Source: Rhynchobatus australiae | Lineage: Eukaryota | Length of the DNA stretch: 64,000 bases | Assembly (NCBI GenBank): GCA_034780895.1 | Contig: JAUZTB010000065.1 | Location: forward strand, 21,348,545 to 21,412,544 | Direction: 5' to 3' | Shown: piece by piece, positions 51,741 through 64,000 of the stretch | How the letters are laid out: each line of letters starts with the position of its first letter | Numbering within the stretch: the first letter of the stretch is position 1 | The notes under the pieces: generated by a model | What the model saw: the letters and a program-made list of their open reading frames with translations, nothing else | What the model was told of the DNA's origin: nothing | The model's database searches: none | Made by a program: the position numbers and the translations under genes

Positions 51741-54700
51741 AAAAAAATTGCAATTACAAAATCAGGAATAGAGGTTGAGTAAAGGAAGCAAAAGCTGATA
51801 TCATTACAGCCACAGGGATTATTGGAGAAGGATATGATTGATTGATAGGCTGCCAATCATAATTTTAAGCTATGTTTGGAATTACAAGGTTTTTAAGGCA
51901 GTTGACTGATGTATCTGAGCAAATTCAAGTGAACCCATAGGTTACATGTGACTTCTTTGCATTAATCTTCAATCTAGCTGACAACATCCAGTTTATAAGT
52001 TATGGAGTTGATTCTGATGTTATAACTGTCAAAGTTTTTGCAGATGTAGGGGAAGAAATTTGTTCTCAGTTGCTTATGCTAAAGAAGCATAATAGCAACT
52101 CCACTGAAGTTAATGGAACTGAATTTCAGAAGCAGAATATATCATCCAGTCACTGGTATGTATATTACCAAGAACAAATATCTACCCAGTCTTGCATAGA
52201 ATAATACAATTCAAGGCAGATCAGGCCTCCGGTTGCGAGGGTGCTCAAAGAAATGGGACTATGCTGGTTGAGCACTTGGGGTGTGGGATTGTTTCCATTC
52301 ACTGGAGGCAGACCCATACGGTTCCAATATTTAAAAAGGGCAACAAATAAGAATGGAGAAGTTGTATTATTTCCTGAACATTTGGAGATGAGGGTTGGGA
52401 GGGATGTTGGTCGTGAAGAAGAGGAAGAACTCCATACATCTTTATCAACCAGGTTTGACTTACTGCAGTACTGAAGCTGGGGCCAAGCCTCTTGAAAATT
52501 CATATTGGTGTTCAGTAATGTCAGTTAGGAGATAGTAATTGAGTTGGGAGCCAGGGAAGATGCATCTGAATTATGTAAGGTTTGATAGCAAGAGGTTTTT
52601 CTTTGAGAAATATCACGGAAGGTTACAATGAGTTGTTGAAGTGTGGATTAACTTTATTCTAAAGAAAGTTAAATTGATGTAACTAGTAGCATTATATTTA
52701 AAACTGTGTGATAATAAACTTTGTCTCATTGGTATTTTGGTCTCCAGAGAGATGTTAAGTTCACCCTTGGTTATTGGTAAACATTACCTCAGTCTTTCTT
52801 CCTCTCATTCAATCTAGTGTTTGCATTTTTTTTCCTGTTGTGTTTCTTGGGGTTGGCTGATGTTGGGAAAAACATGGGTGGGGTGGGGCGGGGCAGAGCC
52901 TGGTGGTGGGTGGAGGTTCTGATTCTTAGCTCTACCATAAGGGCATAGAGATTCTTGATTCTTGAGGTTAGCTGATCATATCCTGGGTGCCACTACACAT
53001 TTCTGTGCGTGTTACTTATTGACAATAGATTTCTAATTGGAGGAGTAGAAGATGTGTCGATTTTTAGATACATCTTGAATATGTATTATGAGTGTTTGCA
53101 GAATTGTGTGCTGCTTTCTCAAATCTCCGGCAATACTTGATTATTGTGCAAATTCTGTGAGAGTAATGAGGCATCTGACAAAAACAGCTATGTGTTGGGT
53201 GGAGAAATGTAAAGTACCTTGCTTCTTTCTAAGCATATTAAATTGCATCATTTTAACATGGGCACATCAAAGACTTCAGTTCTGTGAGTTCACCATGGCG
53301 TATTACTTTTGTTAAGAAATAAAGATATATAAAGACAGTTGAATAGGGCAGACAAAACAATTAAAGAGCAGATGGCTAAACTTCAAAAAGTTCAGTTTAT
53401 TTATTCACCAATTTAATTTGAAATCAGAAGTCAGTGTAGGAACAAGGAACTGAGAATTTTGTATTTTTTGGCATAAATACATAGATTAGCAGCTGAAGCT
53501 CTCCTTCAGGCCTGGGTATATCAGTGAATACTTGACTGTTGACCTATTGTATGTCCTGTTTTCACTCAGTAAATTTTCTGCATCCGATTCTCTCAAACAT
53601 TGTGNNNNNNNNNNNNNNNNNNNNNNNNNNNNNNNNNNNNNNNNNNNNNNNNNNNNNNNNNNNNNNNNNNNNNNNNNNNNNNNNNNNNNNNNNNNNNNNN
53701 NNNNAACATTGTGCCAAGGAGGAAGTGGCAGTGCTGACTCAGAGTCACATTTGAAATTGACTCATCTGTTTTCCACAAAACTTTAGTTTGAATCTGGCAC
53801 TGATGTCAAGTATTGCAATGTTTTACTATAGGAATCTTCTTAATAAATCTTCCTGGCAAAAGAAATATTGTTAGGAGCCAATGATCACATATACACTGTA
53901 GGCTTCCCTTCAGTGTAAGTGCCATGAACTGAAATCAAGAATTTCTAAAGTGCCTAGATCACACCAATAGTATTTTTCTTCAAACTACTGTTATTGCAAT
54001 GAAAGATTACATCCTCTGTATCTCTATGGGAACAGTGTGTATTTGTAAACCTGGGTCGTGGCTTTTTTTTATCATCATTTGATCGATGTGGGTGGGGAAA
54101 TCCCTGCACATGAGCAATGCCGCTCAGGAGTTATTTCCTGTCCTGCTGAAAGCCTGAAATTAATCATTAAGTGGACTTGAGGGAATGCTGAAAATAGGCT
54201 CCCTGCTGAAGTTGGATCTCTCAACAATTTAAAATAGCCACAGTTCAGATTTGCTGCTCTAGCTTCAATGCTCTGTTCATACTGTGCCAATTCTTCTAAT
54301 TTACTACTTAGGCTGGGGACGTGTCAATAAATTGAGGATGTGCAACTGTTGCAAATTGCAGTCTTAAGCATATTTGTTATTAAAAGTACAACCCTATTGT
54401 CTTACCGCCTATGCATTCTGTTCTGCTGTTGTCAATTGTTAACAACAACATGAAGCCTCAGCAAGTGTGTGTGTGTGGTTTTGTGTATTTTTTTCATAAG
54501 TGANNNNNNNNNNNNNNNNNNNNNNNNNNNNNNNNNNNNNNNNNNNNNNNNNNNNNNNNNNNNNNNNNNNNNNNNNNNNNNNNNNNGGGAAATCTCGGAT
54601 ACTGACCTTCCTTGGGTGAAAGTGGCAGAGGCACAGACAAATCCAGAAAGGGTTAACAAGAGGGGGAGGGGCAGATGTGTTTTATTGGACTGAGACACCT

Positions 54701-55689
54701 TTAAAATGGAACAATTCAACAAACTGAACTTTCAGTTAAGTGTATGGTGCATAGAAAGATGTAAGTCAGGGAGAGAATAAAAATGAAGGTCTCTAATAGA
54801 GTAGGTCACAGGAGCGATTAAAAGCTATTTTTTGGCTTAAAATTGATGAGAGTCTTATCCTTGAAATTCCATCCTTTATATTTGATGCCATTTTAGTCAA
54901 CGAGAGAAGGTACTGCTCCATTCTGGGACAACTAAGATTCGAATGTGCTTTTATCCTCTTTTCCATCTGCTCTGTTATAGCCCATGTTAATCAATTTTTC
55001 AGGGCTGTGGAATATTGCTGAAATTAACTTAAAGAGCTCGAGCAGTTGTTTTCAGGATTTCTAGAAACAATTCTATATTCCTACAGAGGGGGCCTGAAAA
55101 AGAAGCTAGAATTTGCTCCTGCCCAAATAAGACAAACGTAAAATTCTTGCAGGTTTACCCAATAACAAGGGGGAGAGGGGTGCATCATGAAAGAAAATTC
55201 TTAGGAATTCCTCCTTTTATGCCCTTAAAAGCTCTTAAACAGAACGCAAATGAGTTCAGACCTATCCCTTTGACAATTCTAAGCAATTAACAGAACCTAA
55301 GAGAGGATTTGGTTCTTTGTCCAGCATTTGGGAGGATCCATTGTGAATTTTTTAAAGTTTGTCATCAGCCTTCATCTGTCCTGGGACCTTTAGACTGTTG
55401 GGCTCAGCATTGCTCTTCCTTACAAAGGTAACCAACACGTTTCAGCCAGAATTAATATACTTCTATTCCAGAAATACGAATAACCCTGTCCTCATGATTT
55501 CAGAGAAAGTAATAAACACATCCTGTGCCTTTTGACATTAATCTGGTACTTTTGGTTTTATTGCCAATGTCTGCCCATGACCTTGCAACTTTGTGACTTC
55601 TTTTGTACTGTCAGTCGCTAATGTCTTCTATTTCTGTCGCTGGGATTATCATTGGGAATTCCCTTTTGGCTGGGATGATGATCTCCAGC

Positions 55690-56250
55690 AGCTCTAAGCA
55701 TCCTCCTTTGTGGAGTATTTTTCCCTTTTGTCTCCTGGGCACCTTAATGCCACACTCGATCAAATGCTACCTTGATGTTAAGCACCGTCACTCAAATCAT
55801 CTCTGCGATTCTGTTCGTGGTGCATGTTTGGACCAAGGCAGTGATGAGGTCTAGAGCTGAGTAGATTGATGAAAAGTAAACTGGGCATCAGTGAGTAAAT
55901 GCCACTCGATAGCACTGTCACTGAAGGCTTCCTTCGCTTTGCTTAAGATTGGAGGAAACTGATTGGGTAGTATGTAGCTGGAGCTTTTTATGAACAATAT
56001 CTACTGGGTAACTTTCCTCTATGTTAGGTAGATGCCATCATGTAACGCTGCTGGAATAGCTAATTATGGAGTGCAGGTCTTCAGCACCACAGCTGGGATG
56101 TCATCTGGTCCTATAGCCTATGCTGTATCCAGTGGTCTCAAGTTGTTCGTTGATATTACGTGGAATCAATTGAATTGGCTGAAGAAAGTGGTTTCTTTGG
56201 TGGCAATTTCAGGAGGAACCTGAGATGGGTCATATAATCAGCTGGTGGAT
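55690..56250 (-). mobile_element. Old L2/CR1-clade LINE relic (endonuclease-RT linker region)
   Basis: The minus strand gives LDTA*AIGPDDIPAVVLKTCTP*LAIP at ~56132-56052, the K..GPD.I motif. Confidence 0.65.
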
Positions 56251-56561
56251 TATGTGGTCACCTATGACTAAGAATGTAGGAAAGTTAAACTGGCATAAAT
56301 TACCTTTATCAAAATAACACNNNNNNNNNNNNNNNNNNNNNNNNNNNNNNNNNNNNNNNNNNNNNNNNNNNNNNNNNNNNNNNNNNNNNNNNNNNNNNNN
56401 NNNNNNNNNNNNNNNNNNNNNNNNNNNNNNNNNNNNNNNNNNNNNNNNNNNNNNNNNNNNNNNNNNNNNNNNNNNNNNNNNNNNNNNNNNNNNNNNNNNN
56501 NNNNNNNNNNNNNNNNNNNNNNNNNNNNNNNNNNNNNNNNNNNNNNNNNNNNNNNNNNNNN

Positions 56562-56636
56562 TGTATAGATGGTATGCAAGACAAATTTTTCACTGTACCT
56601 CGGTACATATAACAATAATAAACCAATTTACCAATG
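56562..56636 (+). mobile_element. 3' tail of a retroposon whose body lies in the preceding gap
   Basis: TTTTTCACTGTACCTCGGTACATATAACAATAATAAACCAAT resembles the tail of the SINE at 48649-48674 (TTTCACTGTGTGTTTCGATGTACA). Confidence 0.55.
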
Positions 56637-57329
56637 TACCTGCTCTTGTAAACATGATCAAGCTTTGTTTTCTATTTTATACTCTTCTCATTAGTTTCCT
56701 TTACTGCTTTTTATCTGGGGACCTTCAGCTTTAAGCAGTTGGTGTGCTCGCTGGTTAGCTGCTACATTGTAATGTTGCACATCATTTAAGCCCATTGTAT
56801 CACATTGAATAAGGCACAACATTTTCACTCGTTTTTGCAGGGAGAAATATAGTCTTCAGCTCAGCCTTCCATTTGGAGTCTGCCTCCCAGCATTTTTGGC
56901 ATTGTCCTGTTAGTGCTGGTCCTCCCCCAGTGTTTGCACTAGCGTGGACAGCCAGGAAGGCCCTGCTTCCCAACCCACTGACTATCAAAGCCATCACTAT
57001 TGTTGAATGCCTTTCAATTCAGTACCCAAAGATAAAATGAAAATAATTTTTAAGAATTAGAAGACTACACCGCAGACACAAAAACTTTAGAGTTGCCTTG
57101 TTAATTCAAGTGGAAAGCTCAGTGAGGTTTCAGAGTTGCCCAGTTGTCCTGCAGCCCCACTCCGCTGAGTAAAGGTTCGTTGACAGCCCCCTGCTGGGCA
57201 ATAACCCAGTTATGGGCTTATCTGCCAGCAGATCTAAGCAGGTCATTAACTCTTTGTTGGTAGTATATGAAAAGACTGCAGCACTGTAATGGCTTGAGCA
57301 TTGATATTTTCGCTATTATTTCGCCATAT

Positions 57330-58985
57330 AATAACATAGAACAGTACAGCATGGAACAGGCCCTTCGGCCCACGTTGTGCCAACATAACTAATCCCTCCT
57401 ACCTGCAGAATGCCCATTCCTCTCATTCAAGTGCCCATCCAAGCCCCTCTTAATAGCCCCCAATGAATTTGCCTCCACCACCCTATCAGGCAACACATTC
57501 CAGGCATCCATCACTCTCTCAGTGTGTAAAAAAAACGTATCCATCGTGCTGTTCTGAACCTACCCCCTCTCGCCTTAAGTACATGTTCTCTGATATTTAA
57601 TCTCTCAATAATGGGAAAAGATATTGCTTGTCCACCCTATCTGTGCCCCTCATAATTTTATACACTTCCAACAGATNNNNNNNNNNNNNNNNNNNNNNNN
57701 NNNNNNNNNNNNNNNNNNNNNNNNNNNNNNNNNNNNNNNNNNNNNNNNNNNNNNNNNNNNNNNNNNNNNNNNNNNNNNNNNNNNNNNNNNNNNNNNNNNN
57801 NNNNNNNNNNNNNNNNNNNNNNNNNNNNNNNNNNNNNNNNNNNNNNNNNNNNNNNNNNNNNNNNNNNNNNNNNNNNNNNNNNNNNNNNNNNNNNNNNNNN
57901 NNNNNNNNNNNNNNNNNNNNNNNNNNNNNNNNNNNNNNNNNNNNNNNNNNNNNNNNNNNNNNNNNNNNNNNNNNNNNNNNNNNNNNNNNNNNNNNNNNNN
58001 NNNNNNNNNNNNNNNNNNNNNNNNNNNNNNNNNNNNNNNNNNNNNNNNNNNNNNNNNNNNNNNNNNNNNNNNNNNNNNNNNNNNNNNNNNNNNNNNNNNN
58101 NNNNNNNNNNNNNNNNNNNNNNNNNNNNNNNNNNNNNNNNNNNNNNNGATCTATATCACACTGTATCTGTCGCCAGTCTTCTACACTATTCACAACTCCA
58201 CCAATCTTGGTATCATCTGCAAACCTACTAACCCACCCATCAACGTACTCATCCAGGTCATTTATGTACATCACAAACAGGAGAGGTCCCAGTACAGATC
58301 CCTGCGGAAGACCACTACTCACAGGCCTCCAGCCTAAATAAACCCCTTCAACCACCACCATCTGTCTTCTGTGGGCAAGCCAGTTCTGGATCCACACAGC
58401 CAATTCTCCACTGAGCACATGCATCCGAACTTTCTTGATTAACTGATGATGTCGGACCTTGTCAAATGTCTTACTGAAGTCCATATAGATGACATCGACA
58501 GCTTTGCATTCATCAATCTCTCTCGTCACCTTGTCAAAAAAACTCAACCAGGTTAGTAAGACACGACTTGCCCCGCACAAAGCCATGCTGGCTTTCCCTA
58601 ATCAATCCATTGGATTCCAGATGCTTTTATATGCTATCTCTAAGAATTTTCTCCAGTAATTTCCCTACATCTGATGTGAGACTCACTGGTCTATAGCTCC
58701 CCGGATTTTCCCTTGTTCCTTTCTTAAATAGAGGAACAACAGTAATCGCTCGCCAGTCCTTTGGGACCTCACCCATGGTCAAAGAGGATACAAAGATGCT
58801 GGTCAAGGCCCCAGCAATTTCCTCAGTAACCTAGGGTATATCCCATCGGGGCTCGGGGACTTATCCACCTTAACACTGTTTAGGAGACCTAACACTACCT
58901 CCTCCTCGACCTCAAAATGCCCTAACATGTTTCTGCCCTCAATTCCAATTTTTGCATCCTGCATTTTCCTTTCCTGGGTAAATAC
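57330..58985 (-). mobile_element. Relatively well-preserved CR1/HER1 LINE, RT region and 3' end, with an internal gap
   Basis: VKVDKSPSPDGIYPRLL, AVDVIYMDFSKTFDKV, SGLPQGSVLGPLLFVMYINDLD...SRFADDTKIGG, and the tail at 57330-57375. Confidence 0.95.
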
Positions 58986-59389
58986 TGACAACCTCACCCA
59001 CTCTAAATTCATCACTCTTCCCCATAATACTCCTCTCATTAAAGTACAAACACTTCAAACCATTCATCTCAGCACATCTGTTATTAGGAATATGCCTAAT
59101 ACTACATTACCTCACATCAGCCCTCCTGCCTGTTCCCTCACTTACTGACCTATTGTTCTGGTTCCCATCCCCCTGCTGTGGAATTCTCTGCATAACCATT
59201 TTTGGTTGATGCAAACTGTACATGTTAAACTTAATAACATTTTGTTTGCTAAGAGATTACCCAGCATATGACAGTGCAAAGACAAATGTGAGGAAAATGC
59301 ACTTTGATAGTACAAAGTAATGGATTTAAAGGAAAATTCTATTTGCTACTTCTAGTTCTTCTGATTGTAATTTTCATTTTTTTTGGTAG

Positions 59390-59452
59390 GAAAAGGTAGA
59401 GCAGGAAGAAGAAGAGCATGCTTCTCAAGAATCTTCAGAAGAAGCACAGTAA
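59390..59452 (+). CDS. HMGA1: HMGA terminal coding exon, acidic tail: EKVEQEEEEHASQESSEEAQ*
   Basis: Acceptor TTTTCATTTTTTTTGGTAG|GAA, phase 0, TAA at 59450-59452. Resembles the human HMGA1 tail EKEEEEGISQESSEEEQ* and keeps the SQESSEE CK2-site motif. Confidence 0.9.
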   Translation, partial: EKVEQEEEEHASQESSEEAQ

Positions 59453-59468
59453 ATCTGCAAGAGTCTCA

Positions 59469-59476
59469 CTACCTCA
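59469..59476 (+). promoter_or_regulatory. let-7/miR-98 8-mer seed site in the HMGA 3' UTR
   Basis: CTACCTCA, 16 nt after the stop codon. Confidence 0.65.
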
Positions 59477-59759
59477 TCCAATAGATGTCTCCTGTCAATA
59501 CCTGGACTACAAACCCTATCACACTGATATCATTATAGTCTTAACAGGGAACTACCAACAGCACTGGAACATTACAGTACTTTTTTTTTAAATACAGGTC
59601 AAGGTATTTCAAAGAAGTCGACATTTAACGAAGGGTGAAATCTAAACAATTGAGCTTGTATATCATGTTTTGTCATTCTGGTAAGTTTCTAAGCATTGGT
59701 CTTCAAGTTAAACCAGTTAATAGGACAATGCTAATGAACATTTTAGTGCTCAGACATAA

Positions 59760-59765
59760 AATAAA
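59760..59765 (+). promoter_or_regulatory. Candidate polyadenylation signal (another AATAAA at 60842-60847)
   Basis: AATAAA hexamer downstream of the stop codon. Which signal is used cannot be told from sequence. Confidence 0.3.
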
Positions 59766-61929
59766 ACAAACAATGGTCTATTTTGTGTTGACAATTCACA
59801 TAGATAATGTGTATCGCATATTGGAGGTGATAACCCTTGGCAAACATGAAGACAGGTACAGTGGCTGTTATAATGGACAGCAGAGAGCAACTCTTCAAAC
59901 CTGCATTTTTAGTAGAATGCCAGCCCAGCTTGCATTGCAATTCCATACTGGATTGTAGAATGACCGTTGCCTTCAAATCAAAATGGCTAACACATTCACA
60001 GCTACATAACTATTCGTTTTTAAAAATTCTTTCATGGGTCATTTTATTTTTGTTTTTGGCATGGCTTAGAATTGTGTAGATAAACCAATGTTAGCCTATG
60101 ATTATGATCTCTTACTTTATAGACATCCTTCCAAATGGAAGAGAACTAGAGATTTCTTTAGGCTCTATATAATAGTTATCTGTTTGCCTGGAGCTAATAT
60201 TTTTTATAATACATTATTAATGACTTCTGCATTATGTATACCATACTTCACTTGACATGCAAATTCATTTTAAGTAATATGTGAAAGTTAAGAGTGACAT
60301 TTTATTAACAAGAATTTTTGCCCTGTTACTCTTTCCATATTCTGAATGCATACATCATTTTCCATAAAATGAAGCAGCAAAACCTTTTCTATTCAAGGAA
60401 AGGCATTGATTGTTTAATCTCTGAATTGTAGACTACAATTTGGTTTATTGGTAAACACAAAAATGGGAGAGAAATTTGCCATTGATAGTGAAGGAGCATT
60501 TNNNNNNNNNNNNNNNNNNNNNNNNNNNNNNNNNNNNNNNNNNNNNNNNNNNNNNNNNNNNNNNNNNNNNNNNNNNNNNNNNNNNNNNNNNNNNNNNNNN
60601 NNNNNNNNNNNNNNNNNNNNNNNNNNNNNNNNNNNNNNNNNNNNNNNNNNNNNNNNNNNNNNNNNNNNNNNNNNNNNNNNNNNNNNNNNNNNNNNNNNNN
60701 NNNNNNNNNNNNNNNNNNNNNNNNNNNNNNNNNNNNNNNNNNNNNNNNNNNNNATTGTAGGTCAAATGAGGCAAAATTCAGTAAGTGAATAGTTTAATTT
60801 CAATACTACAATAATAGTGTAAAGGCTCAGGAAATCCACAAAATAAAAGCTTCTGATTTGGAAACCAATCTATTTAATAAGAATTCTAATTCTGAACTAT
60901 TATCATATTACACTTAAAGTATTATTTTTACATTAAAGTTATAGTAATCACATAGAGAAAAGTAATCTTTTTTGCCTCTCCTTGGAACATTTATACCAGC
61001 AGTTGTGCATGTTGTCATCTTGTGATTTAACTGATTTCACTATGCCACTGACCAATGTGTTTAAATACACAAAGTTAAGCTGGGAGCCATTGGCCCAGTT
61101 AAATGAAAGACCACAATTACTGGATTTATTTCAGTCCATTCAGTTGGTTATGGTAATGTAGAGATTTATATTCTGGCAATACAGATAAATTATTTTTATT
61201 ATTATTCAAGTAAGCAAAGGTATCCCTTTTGCTGGACTGTACAGGCTGTAATTAAGAAATTACAAACATATATAGACATGTACAAATGAAATCCTTTAAA
61301 ATTCATTGGAAACTCAAGGAGAGACTGTAAGATGCTGACAGTTAAACCATGTTGAAACAGATATTCGATTAAGACTTAAAGGGGTAAAAGTGCATTGAAA
61401 GATACAAATTATACTTTTTTTACTTTTGCATGTTAAGTTCCTAGTTTATGACATGCTGATCTTTGAAAGTAAGCTATGTAGAGACAGATGGTAAAATAAC
61501 ATTAATAACAACATTTAGAATATAATACTTGAGGTATTAATTGCAAATATAATGCTTCATATGGTACCTTATTACTTAGATTGTAATACCTCTCACCANN
61601 NNNNNNNNCATCTTAATCAATATTGCTTTACTATAACAGACACCAAGTGCTAGAGTTGAGCTACAATTTTACTTAATTATGAGTGCAGAAGGCATTTGCT
61701 TATTTAATCAATTTATTCAAAAGATGCATAAGCATTGCATACGGTTAAATTTAAAAAGGACCAAGTTAATTAGTGTTTGTTATTCTGTTTTCTGGATGTC
61801 ATGTTCTGGAAGTAAAGCTATGATCATCCACATACTTCTAAGTATTTTTGGGGGGCAGGAGACATTATAAATTTGTAAGAGTAATTTCCATTTGCTATGC
61901 ATTGAAAACAATGGTTGTAAGTATGCTGC

Positions 61930-62345
61930 AGAGTTAGCTCAGTTGTGAGAACTAGTAACTCTCGAGTCAAAGGTTTGTGTCACTTGAAATCATGAAGCGC
62001 AAAAATTTTGCCTAAAGCTCCAGTGCAAAACTGAGAGTGTGCTACACTGTCAGGGGTACTGTCTTTTCAATGAGCCATTAAATTGAAGCCCAGTGATCAC
62101 ACTTGAGTGGATGTTTTAAAAAAAAATCTCATGGCACTATTTTGAAAAAGAATAGGGCAGGTTTCTTCCCTCAATTGCCCAAAACTAACCCCCTTTCAAA
62201 TTCAGTGAAGCAGACTAGCTGCCATTGTGGGATTTGGTTGTGTACAAATTGACAGCTGTGCTTCATGTATTATGACAGTTGATTGCCTGTAAAGTTCATT
62301 TACAATGTTGGGACATACTGAAAGGCATTATTAAAGATGTAGTTT
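61930..62345 (+). mobile_element. Deu-domain SINE (SacSINE1/AmnSINE-like), decayed, near full length
   Basis: Head AGCTCAGTTG..., then CTCCAGTGCAAAACTGAGAGTGTGCTACACTGTCAGGGGTACTGTCTTTTCAATGAG and ATCTCATGGCACTATTTTGAAAAAGAATAGGG. Confidence 0.7.
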
Positions 62346-64000
62346 TAAGTTTAGAGTAGTGCACAAATGATGATTGATTCATTATATAGATAAATTCAGT
62401 GGTTTTGCAGTTTCATTAACAGGCTATTTAATATCCCACTATTCTTAAAGTTAATTTTCATCTAAATTTTGTAGATGTTATTGAAATTTAGATTTAACAT
62501 GCTAGCCAATATGGACAAGAAACACGTTATATAATAAAAGTGCTCTTTCACGATCTCCTGTGACTTCAGGTATCAGAATTTTGAATCTATGAAATCTTCT
62601 TTCACGAAGTGCTCAGGCTGCTCAATTAAACAATATGAATTTTATGTTGTTTAACCACGAACAAATACAGAAATCTTCTGTGCATTGAACAAAAAATGGC
62701 TGCCAAATTACAGTATGCCTCTTATAAATTGTGGTTTTCCAGATATTTAATTGAAAACTGGCTCGAAGCAAAATCGAGTTAGGGAAAGGACAATTATAAG
62801 GACTATTTGAAGTTATTAAATACCCAATCTAAGGNNNNNNNNNNNNNNNNNNNNNNNNNNNNNNNNNNNNNNNNNNNNNNNNNNNNNNNNNNNNNNNNNN
62901 NNNNNNNNNNNNNNNNNNNNNNNNNNNNNNNNNNAGGACAAGCAAATGGGATATTTCTTCTTAAATGTAAATAGATGTAATGAGGCAAAACCCAATAATG
63001 GTAACTTGTTAGTCCATGTTGCTGAATATTTCTGTTGAAATACTGGCAAAGTACAACTTTCTTTACTAGTTAAGAATGAAATCTGTCTAAAAGATTTTTC
63101 AGCAGGAGTCAGTTCATTACTCAGTTTTCACGTTATTTTGCAGTATTAGTACTGTGCTGAACAGATACAACTTTGGTTTTCGTATTCACAACTACCTCTT
63201 TTTAGTTTCATAGTTTCTCAGTTGCTGCTGTACACAAAATACAATTCATTTGTGCATCTCCTCAACCACAGTGATTAACTATGGTGAATAATGTTGTGTC
63301 TAAATTTATTGTCTGCAGGTTTCATGTATAATTCTACATTGAGGGAAAAAATGTAAAGAGTTTTGAATTTGCTGCTTACCACATTGCAAAAAAAACAGTA
63401 AGTTGGTAAAAAGGAAAGAAAGAGGATTTACAATGTAAATGCTGCGTTTATTTAAACAATGCTCGAGATATGAATTTGCAATCTACTTGATGGACTTTGG
63501 AGCCACAGTAAGGATTGGCATAAGACATGTTGAGAGCTTTAATGCTTGAATTACGTAAATGTAAATTCAAATTAGTAGATTATAAAATGGCATCTGTTGC
63601 TAAAAACATTTAATGGTGTAACTGGGCTGTAGCATTCCCAAGATAGTAAATGATTTTTATATGAAAGTAATTGCTGGACAACTTTCCTCATGTTAATACG
63701 AATTTCCTTCAGTAGGTGACCTTGGAGCTACCGAAGATGGTAATTTGATTACTGTATCACTAGTAAATTTAGAAAAATGTTTAGAATATTTATTTTTAAA
63801 ATTCTTCTTAAAATACAAATTATAAATTTAAATAATTGCTTATGGGCTTCTTTCTATCCATAATGTGTTACATACACTTTATAGCTGCCAGCTGTCTTTA
63901 GTGCTATACCTTAATGGATATGCTTCCTTTTTAAGCCAGATCTGATTATTCTGGCCTCATGTTCAAAGAGGTAATTCTTAATCAAAAATTATTGGATTGT

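Overview
Eukaryotic, AT-rich, repeat-dense DNA with many assembly gaps. The repeat set (CR1/HER1-type LINEs, HE1/V-SINEs, Deu-domain SINEs, Rex1-type LINE, Harbinger relics) points to a cartilaginous fish, probably a ray or shark (inference). The window holds the 3' part of one + strand HMGA gene (AT-hook architectural chromatin protein), most like HMGA1. It has three short phase-0 coding exons: 15658-15708 (KSGGAGGAKPRGRPKKL), 26277-26327 (KAETTGAKKPRGRPRKR) and the terminal acidic-tail exon 59390-59452 (EKVEQEEEEHASQESSEEAQ*), followed by a 3' UTR with let-7 seed sites. The main observation is that there are two paralogous 51-nt third-AT-hook exons in tandem, one HMGA1-like and one HMGA2-like. 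This implies either a four-hook HMGA or alternative or mutually exclusive hook exons. The second hook exon and the terminal exon are missing from the supplied ORF track. The upstream HMGA exons were not found in the window. The rest is intron filled with decayed transposons. There are no prokaryotic features. Repeat boundaries are approximate and family names come from motif recognition, not database searches.
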